From NCBI GenBank assembly GCA_964016885.1, contig OZ024756.1:1488001-1552000 (forward strand): a stretch of 64,000 bases of DNA. Direction: 5' to 3'. The DNA comes from Eledone cirrhosa. Its lineage: Eukaryota. Below are positions 48,901 to 60,000 of the stretch, piece by piece. Under the pieces are notes generated by a model. The model saw only the letters and a program-made list of their open reading frames with translations, did not search any database and was not told the DNA's origin. Made by a program: the position numbers and the translations under genes. How positions within the stretch are numbered: the first letter of the stretch is position 1; each line of letters opens with the position of its first letter.

Positions 48901-51799
48901 GCAGTGTCAGTGATCTGGTCCTCCGTCTTGCTGTCTTCAGTACATCTATGAAGTGTGCAGTGTCAGTGATCTGGTCCTCTGTCTTGCTGTCTTCAGTACA
49001 TCTATGAAGTGTGCAGTGTCAGTGATCTGGTCCTCTGTCTTGCTGTCTTCAGTACATCTATGAAGTGTGCAGTGTCAATGATCTGGTCCTCTGTGTTGCT
49101 GACTTCAGTACATCTATGAAGTGTGCAGTGTCAGTGATCTGGTCCTCCGTCTTGCTGTCTTCAGTTCATCTATGAAGTGTGCAGTGTCAGTGATCTGGTC
49201 CTCCGTCTTGCTGTCTTCAGTACATCTATGAAGTGTGCAGTGTCAGTCATCTGGTCCTCTGTCTTGCTGTCCTTTAGTACATCTATGAAGTGTGCAGTGT
49301 CAGTGATCTGGTCCTCCGTCTTGCTGTCTTCAGTTCATCTATGAAGTGTGCAGTGTCAGTGATCTGGTCCTCTGTCTTGCTGTCTTCAGTTCATCTATGA
49401 AGTGTGCAGTGTCAGTGATCTGGTCCTCTGTCTAGCTGTCTTCAGTTCATCTATGAAGTGTGCAGTGTCAGTGATCTGGTCCTCTGTCTTGCTGTCTTCA
49501 GTTCATCTATGAAGTGTGCAGTGTCAGTGATCTGGTCCTCTGTCTTGCTGTCTTCAGTTCATCTATGAAGTGTGCAGTGTCAGTGATCTGGTCCTCTGTC
49601 TTGCTGTCTTCAGTACATCTATGAAGTGTGCAGTGTCAGTGATCTGGTCCTCTGTATTGCTGTCTTCAGTACATCTATGAAGTGTGCAGTGTCAGAGATC
49701 TGGTCCTCTGTCTTGCTGTCTTCAGTTCATCTATGAAGTGTGCAGTGTCAGTGATCTGGTCCTCTGTCTTGCTGTCTTCAGTACATCTATGAAGTGTGCA
49801 GTGTCAGTGATCTGGTCCTCTGTCTTGCTGTCTTCAGTACATCTATGAAGTGTGCAGTGTCAGTGATCTGGTCCTCTGTCTTGTTGTCTTCAGTTCATCT
49901 ATGAAGTGTGCAGTGTCAGTGATCTGGTCCTCTGTCTTGCTGTCTTCAGTTCATCTATGAAGTGTGCAGTGTCAGTGATCTGGTCCTCTGTCTTGTTGTC
50001 TTTAGTTCATGTATGAAGTGTGCAGTGTCAGTGATCTGGTCCTCTGTCTTGCTGTCTTCAGTACATCTATGAAGTGTGCAGTGTCAGTGATCTGGTCCTC
50101 TCTCTTGCTGTCTTCAGTTCATCTATGAAGTGTGCAGTGTCAGTGATCTGGTCCTCTGTCTTGCTGTCTTCAGTTCATCTATGAAGTGTGCAGTGTCAGT
50201 GATCTGGTCCTCTGTCTTGCTGTCTTCAGTACATCTATGAAGTGTGCAGTGTCAGTGATCTGGTCCTCTGTGTTGCTGTCTTCAGTACATCTATGAAGTG
50301 TGCAGTGTCAGTGATCTGGTCCTCTGTCTTGCTGTCTTCAGTACATCTATGAAGTGTGCAGTGTCAGTTATCTGGTCCTCTGTCTTGCTGTCTTCAGTAC
50401 ATCTATGAAGTGTGCAGTGTCAGTGATCTGGTCCTCTGTTTTGCTGTCTTCAGTACATCTATGAAGTGTGCAGTGTCAGTGATCTGGTCCTCTGTCTTGC
50501 TGTCTTCAGTTCATCTATGAAGTGTGCAGTGTCAGTGATCTGGTCCTCTGTCTTGCTGTCTTCAGTTCAACTATGAAGTGTGCAGTGTCAATGATCTGGT
50601 CCTCTGTCTTGCTGTCTTCAGTACATCTATTAAGTGTGCAGTGTCAGTGATCTGGTCCTCTGTCTTGCTGTCTTCAGTTCATCTATGAAGTGTGCAGTGT
50701 CAGTGATCTGGTCCTCTGTCTTGCTGTCTTCAGTACATCTATGAAGTGTGCAGTGTCAGTGATCTGGTCCTCTGTCTTGCTGTCTTCAGTACATCTATGA
50801 AGTGTGCAGTGTCAATGATCTGGTCCTCTGTGTTGCTGAATTCAGTACATCTATGAAGTGTGCAGTGTCAGTGATCTGGTCCTCCGTCTTGCTGTCTTCA
50901 GTTCATCTATGAAGTGTGCAGTGTCAGTGATCTGGTCCTCCGTCTTGCTGTCTTCAGTACATCTATGAAGTGTGCAGTGTCAGTGATCTGGTCCTCTGTC
51001 TTGCTGTCTTCAGTACATCTATGAAGTGTGCAGTGTCAGTGATCTGGTCCTCTGTCTTGCTGTCTTCAGTACATCTATGAAGTGTGCAGTGTCAGTGATC
51101 TGGTCCTCCGTCTTGCTGTCTTCAGTTCATCTATGAAGTGTGCAGTGTCAGTGATCTGGTCCTCCGTCTTGCTGTCTTCAGTACATCTATGAAGTGTGCA
51201 GTGTCAGTGATCTGGTCCTCTGTCTTGCTGTCTTCAGTACATCTATGAAGTGTGCAGTGTCAGTGATCTGGTCCTCTGTCTTGCTGTCTTCAGTACATCT
51301 ATGAAGTGTGCAGTGTCAATGATCTGGTCCTCTGTCTTGCTGACTTCAGTACATCTATGAAGTGTGCAGTGTCAGTGATCTGGTCCTCCTTCTTGCTGTC
51401 TTCAGTTCATCTATGAAGTGTGCAGTGTCAGTATTCTGGTCCTCCGTCTTGCTGTCTTCAGTACATCTATGAAGTGTGCAGTGTCAGTGATCTGGTCCTC
51501 TGTCTTGCTGTCTTCAGTTCATCTATGAAGTGTGCAGTGTCAGTGATCTGGTCCTCTGTCTTGTTGTCTTTAGTTCATGTATGAAGTGTGCAGTGTCAGT
51601 GATCTGGTCCTCTGTCTTGCTGTCTTCAGTACATCTATGAAGTGTGCAGTGTCAGTGATCTGGTCCTCTCTCTTGCTGTCTTCAGTTCATCTATGAAGTG
51701 TGCAGTGTCAGTGATCTGGTCCTCTGTCTTGCTGTCTTCAGTACATCTATGAAGTGTGCAGTGTCAGTGATCTGGTCCTCTGTCTTGCTGTCTTCAGTT

Positions 51800-54700
51800 C
51801 ATCTATGAAGTGTGCAGTGTCAGTGATCTGGTCCTCTGTCTTGCTGTCTTCAGTTCAACTATGAAGTGTGCAGTGTCAATGATCTGGTCCTCTGTCTTGC
51901 TGTCTTCAGTACATTTATTAAGTGTGCAGTGTCAGTGATCTGGTCCTCTGTCTTGCTGTCTTCAGTTCATCTATGAAGTGTGCAGTGTCAGTGATCTGGT
52001 CCTCTGTCTTGCTGTCTTCAGTTCATCTATGAAGTGTGCAGTGTCAGTGATCTGGTACTCTGTCTTGCTGTCTTCAGTACATCTATGAAGTGTGCAGTGT
52101 CAATGATCTGGTCCTCTGTCTTGCTGACTTCAGTACATCTATGAAGTGTGCAGTGTCAGTGATCTGGTCCTCTGTCTTGCTGTCTTCAGTACATCTATGA
52201 AGTGTGCAGTGTCAGTGATCTGGTTCTCTGTCTTGCTGTCTTCAGTACATCTATGAAGTGTGCAGTGTCAGTGATCTGGTCCTCTGTGTTGCTGTCTTCA
52301 GTACATCTATGAAGTGTGCAGTGTCAGTGATCTGGTCCTCTGTCTTGCTGTCTTCAGTACATCTATGAAGTGTGCAGTGTCAGTGATCTGGTACTCTGTC
52401 TTGCTGTCTTCAGTACATCTATGAAGTGTGCAGTGTCAATGATCTGGTCCTCTGTCTTGCTGACTTCAGTACATCTATGAAGTGTGCAGTGTCAGTGATC
52501 TGGTCCTCCGTCTTGCTGTCTTCAGTTCATCTATGAAGTGTGCAGCGTCAGTGATCTGGTCCTCCGTCTTGCTGTCTTCAGTACATCTATGAAGTGTGCA
52601 GTGTCAGTGATCTGGTCCTCTGTCTTGCTGTCTTCAGTACATTTATGAAGTGTGTAGTGTCAGTGATCTGGTCCTCTATCTTGCTGTCTTCAGTTCATCT
52701 ATGAAGTGTGCAGTGTCAGTGATCTGGTCCTCCGTCTTGCTTTCTTCAGTTCATCTATGAAGTGTGCAGTGTCAGTGATCTGGTCCTCCGTCTTGCTGTC
52801 TTCAGTACATCTATGAAGTGTGCAGTGTCAGTGATCTGGTCCTCTGTCTTGCTGTCTTCAGTACATCTATGAAGTGTGCAGTGTCAGTGATCTGGTCCTC
52901 TGTCTTGCTGTCTTCAGTACATCTATGAAGTGTGCAGTGTCAATGATCTGGTCCTCTGTGTTGCTGACTTCAGTACATCTATGAAGTGTGCAGTGTCAGT
53001 GATCTGGTACTCCGTCTTGCTGTCTTCAGTTCATCTATGAAGTGTGCAGTGTCAGTGATCTGGTCCTCCGTCTTGCTGTCTTCAGTACATCTATGAAGTG
53101 TGCAGTGTCAGTCATCTGGTCCTCTGTCTTGCTGTCTTTTAGTACATCTATGAAGTGTGCAGTGTCAGTGATCTGGTCCTCCGTCTTGCTGTCTTCAGTT
53201 CATCTATGAAGTGTGCAGTGTCAGTGATCTGGTCCTCTGTCTTGCTGTCTTCAGTTCATCTATGAAGTGTGCAGTGTCAGTGATCTGGTCCTCTGTCTAG
53301 CTGTCTTCAGTTCATCTATGAAGTGTGCAGTGTCAGTGATCTGGTCCTCTGTCTTGCTGTCTTCAGTTCATCTATGAAGTGTGCAGTGTCAGTGATCTGG
53401 TCCTCTGTCTTGCTGTCTTCAGTTCATCTATGAAGTGTGCAGTGTCAGTGATCTGGTCCTCCGTCTTGCTTTCTTCAGTTCATCTATGAAGTGTGCAGTG
53501 TCAGTGATCTGGTCCTCCGTCTTGCTGTCTTCAGTTCATCTATGAAGTGTGCAGTGTCAGTGATCTGGTCCTCCGTCTTGCTGTCTTCAGTACATCTATG
53601 AAGTGTGCAGTGTCAGAGATCTGGTCCTCTGTCTTGCTGTCTTCAGTTCATCTATGAAGTGTGCAGTGTCAGTGATCTGGTCCTCTGTCTTGCTGTCTTC
53701 AGTACATCTATGAAGTGTGCAGTGTCAGTGATCTGGTCCTCTGTCTTGCTGTCTTCAGTACATCTATGAAGTGTGCAGTGTCAGTGATCTGGTCCTCTGT
53801 CTTGTTGTCTTCAGTTCATCTATGAAGTGTGCAGTGTCAGTGATCTGGTCCTCTGTCTTGCTGTCTTCAGTTCATCTATGAAGTGTGCAGTGTCAGTGAT
53901 CTGGTCCTCTGTCTTGTTGTCTTCAGTTCATGTATGAAGTGTGCAGTGTCAGTGATCTGGTCCTCTGTCTTGCTGTCTTCAGTACATCTATGAAGTGTGC
54001 AGTGTCAGTGATCTGGTCCTCTCTCTTGCTGTCTTCAGTTCATCTATGAAGTGTGCAGTGTCAGTGATCTGGTCCTCTGTCTTGCTGTCTTCAGTTCATC
54101 TATGAAGTGTGCAGTGTCAGTGATCTGGTCCTCTGTCTTGCTGTCTTCAGTACATCTATGAAGTGTGCAGTGTCAGTGATCTGGTCCTCTGTGTTGCTGT
54201 CTTCAGTACATGTATGAAGTGTGCAGTGTCAGTGATCTGGTCCTCTGTCTTGCTGTCTTCAGTACATCTATGAAGTGTGCAGTGTCAGTGATCTGGTCCT
54301 CTGTCTTGCTGTCTTCAGTACATGTATGAAGTGTGCAGTGTCAGTGATCTGGTCCTCTGTCTTGCTGTCTTCAGTACATCTATGAAGTGTGCAGTGTCAG
54401 TGATCTGGTCCTCTGTCTTGCTGTCTTCAGTTCATCTATGAAGTGTGCAGTGTCAGTGATCTGGTCCTCTGTCTTGCTGTCTTCAGTTCAACTATGAAGT
54501 GTGCAGTGTCAATGATCTGGTCCTCTGTCTTGCTGTCTTCAGTACATCTATTAAGTGTGCAGTGTCAGTGATCTGGTCCTCTGTCTTGCTGTCTTCAGTT
54601 CATCTATGAAGTGTGCAGTGTCAGTGATCTGGTCCTCTGTCTTGCTGTCTTCAGTTCATCTATGAAGTGTGCAGTGTCAGTGATCTGGTACTCTGTCTTG

Positions 54701-57000
54701 CTGTCTTCAGTACATCTATGAAGTGTGCAGTGTCAATGATCTGGTCCTCTGTCTTGCTGACTTCAGTACATCTATGAAGTGTGCAGTGTCAGTGATCTGG
54801 TCCTCTGTCTTGCTGTCTTCAGTACATCTATGAAGTGTGCAGTGTCAGTGATCTGGTCCTCTGTCTTGCTGTCTTCAGTACATCTATGAAGTGTGCAGTG
54901 TCAGTGATCTGGTCCTCTGTGTTGCTGTCTTCAGTACATCTATGAAGTGTGCAGTGTCAGTGATCTGGTCCTCTGTCTTGCTGTCTTCAGTACATCTATG
55001 AAGTGTGCAGTGTCAGTGATCTGGTACTCTGTCTTGCTGTCTTCAGTACATCTATGAAGTGTGCAGTGTCAATGATCTGGTCCTCTGTCTTGCTGACTTC
55101 AGTACATCTATGAAGTGTGCAGTGTCAGTGATCTGGTCCTCCGTCTTGCTGTCTTCAGTTCATCTATGAAGTGTGCAGTGTCAGTGATCTGGTCCTCCGT
55201 CTTGCTGTCTTCAGTACATCTATGAAGTGTGCAGTGTCAGTGATCTGGTCCTCTGTCTTGCTGTCTTAAGTACATTTATGAAGTGTGTAGTGTCAGTGAT
55301 CTGGTCCTCTATCTTGCTGTCTTCAGTTCATCTATGAAGTGTGCAGTGTCAGTGATCTGGTCCTCCGTCTTGCTTTCTTCAGTTCATCTATGAAGTGTGC
55401 AGTGTCAGTGATCTGGTCCCCCGTCTTGCTGTCTTCAGTACATCTATGAAGTGTGCAGTGTCAGTGATCTGGTCCTCTGTCTTGCTGTCTTCAGTACAAC
55501 TATGAAGTGTGCAGTGTCAGTGATCTGGTCCGCTGTCTTGCTGTCTTCAGTACATCTATGAAGTGTGCAGTGTCAATGATCTGGTCCTCTGTGTTGCTGA
55601 CTTCAGTACATCTATGAAGTGTGCAGTGTCAGTGATCTGGTCCTCCGTCTTGCTGTCTTCAGTTCATCTATGAAGTGTGCAGTGTCAGTGATCTGGTCCT
55701 CCGTCTTGCTGTCTTCAGTACATCTATGAAGTGTGCAGTGTCAGTCATCTGGTCCTCTGTCTTGCTGTCTTTTAGTACATCTATGAAGTGTGCAGTGTCA
55801 GTGATCTGGTCCTCCGTCTTGCTGTCTTCAGTTCATCTATGAAGTGTGCAGTGTCAGTGATCTGGTCCTCTGTCTTGCTGTCTTCAGTTCATCTATGAAG
55901 TGTGCAGTGTCAGTGATCTGGTCCTCTGTCTAGCTGTCTTCAGTTCATCTATGAAGTGTGCAGTGTCAGTGATCTGGTCCTCTGTCTTGCTGTCTTCAGT
56001 TCATCTATGAAGTGTGCAGTGTCAGTGATCTGGTCCTCTGTCTTGCTGTCTTCAGTTCATCTATGAACTGTGCAGTGTCAGTGATCTGGTCCTCTGTCTT
56101 GCTGTCTTCAGTACATCTATGAAGTGTGCAGTGTCAGTGATCTGGTCCTCTGTCTTGCTGTCTTCAGTACATCTATGAAGTGTGCAGTGTCAGAGATCTG
56201 GTCCTCTGTCTTGCTGTCTTCAGTTCATCTATGAAGTGTGCAGTGTCAGTGATCTGGTCCTCTGTCTTGCTGTCTTCAGTACATCTATGAAGTGTGCAGT
56301 GTCAGTGATCTGGTCCTCTGTCTTGCTGTCTTCAGTACATCTATGAAGTGTGCAGTGTCAGTGATCTGGTCCTCTGTCTTGTTGTCTTCAGTTCATCTAT
56401 GAAGTGTGCAGTGTCAGTGATCTGGTCCTCTGTCTTGCTGTCTTCAGTTCATCTATGAAGTGTGCAGTGTCAGTGACCTGGTCCTCTGTCTTGTTGTCTT
56501 CAGTTCATGTATGAAGTGTGCAGTGTCAGTGATCTGGTCCTCTGTCTTGCTGTCTTCAGTACATCTATGAAGTGTGCAGTGTCAGTGATCTGGTCCTCTC
56601 TCTTGCTGTCTTCAGTTCATCTATGAAGTGTGCAGTGTCAGTGATCTGGTCCTCTGTCTTGCTGTCTTCAGTTCATCTATGAAGTGTGCAGTGTCAGTGA
56701 TCTGGTCCTCTGTCTTGCTGTCTTCAGTACATCTATGAAGTGTGCAGTGTCAGTGATCTGGTCCTCTGTGTTGCTGTCTTCAGGACATCTATGAAGTGTG
56801 CAGTGTCAGTGATCTGGTCCTCTGTCTTGCTGTCTTCAGTACATCTATGAAGTGTGCAGTGTCAGTGATCTGGTCCTCTGTCTTGCTGTCTTCAGTACAT
56901 CTATGAAGTGTGCAGTGTCAGTGATCTGGTCCTCTGTCTTGCTGTCTTCAGTACATCTATGAAGTGTGCAGTGTCAGTGATCTGGTCCTCTGTCTTGCTG
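51800..57000. repeat. Tandem duplication with a 2,633-bp (47 monomers plus 1 bp) period
   Basis: CTTTTAG 53141/55774 and TCTAGC 53298/55931 are offset by 2633, with the same order of intervening variants. The copies carry several private substitutions. Ends are approximate. Confidence 0.8.
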
Positions 57001-60000
57001 TCTTCAGTTCATCTATGAAGTGTGCAGTGTCAGTGATCTGGTCCTCTGTCTTGCTGTCTTCAGTTCATCTATGAAGTGTGCAGTGTCAGTGATCTGGTCC
57101 TCTGTCTTGCTGTCTTCAGTTAATCTATGAAGTGTGCAGTGTCAGAGATCTGGTCCTCTGTCTTGCTGTCTTCAGTTCATCTATGAAGTGTGCAGTGTCA
57201 GTGATCTGGTCCTCTGTCTTGCTGTCTTCAGTTCATCTATGAAGTGTGCAGTGTCAGTGATCTGGTCCTCTGTCTTGCTGTCTTCAGTTCATCTATGAAG
57301 TGTGCAGTGTCAGTGATCTGGTCCTCTGTCTTGCTGTCTTCAGTTCATCTATGAAGTGTGCAGTGTCAGTGATCTGGTCCTCTGTCTTGCTGTCTTCAGT
57401 TAATCTATGAAGTGTGCAGTGTCAGAGATCTGGTCCTCTGTCTTGCTGTCTTCAGTTCATCTATGAAGTGTGCAGTGTCAGTGATCTGGTCCTCTGTCTT
57501 GCTGTCTTCAGTTCATCTATGAAGTGTGCAGTGTCAGTGATCTGGTCCTCTGTCTTGCTGTCTTCAGTTCATCTATGAAGTGTGCAGTGTCAGTGATCTG
57601 GTCCTCTGTCTTGCTGTCTTCAGTACATCTATGAAGTGTGCAGTGTCAGTGATCTGGTCCTCTGTGTTGCTGTCTTCAGTACATCTATGAAGTGTGCAGT
57701 GTCAGTGATCTGGTTCTCTGTCTTGCTGTCTTCATCTCATCTATGAAGTGTGCAGTGTCAGTGATCTGGTCCTCTGTCTTGCTGTCTTCAGTTCATCTAC
57801 GAAGTGTGCAGTGTCAGTGATCTGGTCCTCTATCTTGCTGTCTTCAGTACATCTATGAAGTGTGCAGTGTCAGTGATCTGGTCCTCTGTCTGGCTGTCTT
57901 CAGTACATCTATGAAGTGTGCAGTGTCAGTGATCTGGTCCTCTGTCTTGTTGTCTTCAGTTCATCTATGAAGTGTGCAGTGTCAGTGATCTGGTCCTCTC
58001 TCTTGCTGTCTTCAGTACATTTATGAAGTGTGTAGTGTCAGTGATCTGGTCCACTATCTTGCTGTCTTCAGTTCATCTATGAAGTGTGCAGTGTCAGTGA
58101 TCTGGTCCTCTGTCTTGCTGTCTTCAGTTCATCTATGAAGTGTGCAGTGTCAGTGATCTGGTCCTGCGTCTTGCTGTCTTCAGTACATCTATGAAGTGTG
58201 CAGTGTCAGTGATTTGGTCCTCTGTCTTGCTGTCTTCAGTACATCTATGAAGTGTGCAGTGTCAGTGATCTGGTCCTCTGTCTTGCTGTCTTCAGTACAT
58301 CTATGAAGTGTGCAGTGTCAATGATCTGGTCCTCTGTCTTGCTGACTTCAGTACATCTATGAAGTGTGCAGTGTCAGTGATCTGGTCCTCCGTCTTGCTG
58401 TCTTCAGTTCATCTATGAAGTGTGCAGTGTCAGTGATCTGGTCCTCCGTCTTGCTGTCTTCAGTACATCTATGAAGTGTGCAGTGTCAGTGATCTGGTCC
58501 TCTGTCTTGCTGTCTTCAGTACATCTATGAAGTGTGCAGTGTCAGTGATCTGGTCCTCCGTCTTGCTGTCTTCATTTCATCTATGAAGTGTGCAGTGTCA
58601 GTGATCTGGTCCTCCGTCTTGCTGTCTTCAGTTCATCTATGAGTGTGCAGTGGCAGTGATCTGGTCCTCTGTCTTGCTGTCTTCAGTACATCTATGAAGT
58701 GTGCAGTGTCAGTGATCTGGTCCTCCGTCTTGCTGTCTTCAGTTCATCTATGAAGTGTGCAGTGTCAGTGATCTGGTCCTCTCTCTTGCTGTCTTCAGTA
58801 CATCTATGAAGTGTGCAGTGTCAGTGATCTGGTCCTCTGTCTTGCTGTCTTCAGTACATCTATGAAGTGTGCAGTGTCAGTGATCTGGTCCTCTATCTTG
58901 TTGTCTTCAGTTCATCTATGAAGTGTGCAGTGTCAGTGATCTGGTCCTCTGTCTTGCTGTCTTCAGTACATCTATGAAGTGTGCAGTGTCAGTGATCTGG
59001 TCCTCTGTCTTGCTGTCTTCAGTTCATCTATGAAGTGTGCAGTGTCAGTGATCTGGTCCTCTGTCTTGCTGTCTTCAGTTCATCTATGAAGTGTGCAGTG
59101 TCAGTGATCTGGTCCTCTGTCTTGCTGTCTTCAGTTCATCTATGAAGTGTGCAGTGTCAGTGATCTGGTCCTCTGTCTTGATGTCTTCAGTTCATCTATG
59201 AAGTGTGCAGTGTCAGTGATCTGGTCCTCTGTCTTGCTGTCTTCAGTTCATCTATGAAGTGTGCAGTGTCAGTGATCTAGTTCTCTGTCTTGCTGTCTTC
59301 AGTTCATCTATGAAGTGTGCAGTGTCAGTGATCTGGTCCTCTGTCTTGCTGTCTTCAGTACATCTATGAAGTGTGCAGTGTCAGTGATCTGGTCCTCTGT
59401 GTTGCTGTCTTCAGTACATCTATGAAGTGTGCAGTGTCAGTGATCTGGTCCTCTGTCTTGCTGTCTTCAGTTCATCTATGAAGTGTGCAGTGTCAGTGAT
59501 CTGGTCCCCTGTCTTGCTGTCTTCAGTTCATCTATGAAGTGTGCAGTGTCAGTGATCTGGTCCTCTGTCTTGCTGTCTTCATTTCATCTATGAAGTGTGC
59601 AGTGTCAGTCATCTGGTCCTCTGTCTTGCTGTCTTCAATTCATCTATGAAGTGTGCAGTGTCAGTGATCTGGTCCTCTGTCTTGCTGTCTTCAGTACATC
59701 TATGAAGTGTGCAGTGTCAGAGATCTGGTACTCTGTCTTGCTGTCTTCAGTACATCTATGAAGTGTGCAGTGTCAGTGATCTGGTCCTCTGTCTTGCTGT
59801 CTTCAGTTCATCTATGAAGTGTGCAGTGTCAGTGATCTGGTCCTCTGTCTTGCTGTCTTCAGTACATCTATGAAGTGTGCAGTGTCAGTGATCTGGTCCT
59901 CTGTCTTGCTGTCTTCAGTACATCTATGAAGTGTGCAGTGTCAGTGATCTGGTCCTCTGTCTTGTTGTCTTCAGTTCATCTATGAAGTGTGCAGTGTCAG

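Larger units (their letters stand above)
30200..57000. repeat. Array domain C: subfamily with CTCCGT/CTGACT variants and recurring 57-bp monomers
   Basis: Diagnostic variants are CCTCCGTC, CAATG+GCTGACTT, GGTACTC, GTCTAGC and CATGTATG. Eleven +1 monomers (GTCTTTTAG or GTCCTTTAG) lie between 32860 and 55774. It shares the CAACTA/CTATTA pair with domain B. Boundaries are approximate. Confidence 0.8.

Noticed and set aside
7443-55774. Spacings of 69 and 47 monomers occur in both domain A and domain C
   Set aside because: The variant content of the blocks is unrelated and many different spacings occur, so coincidence is likely without a statistical test.
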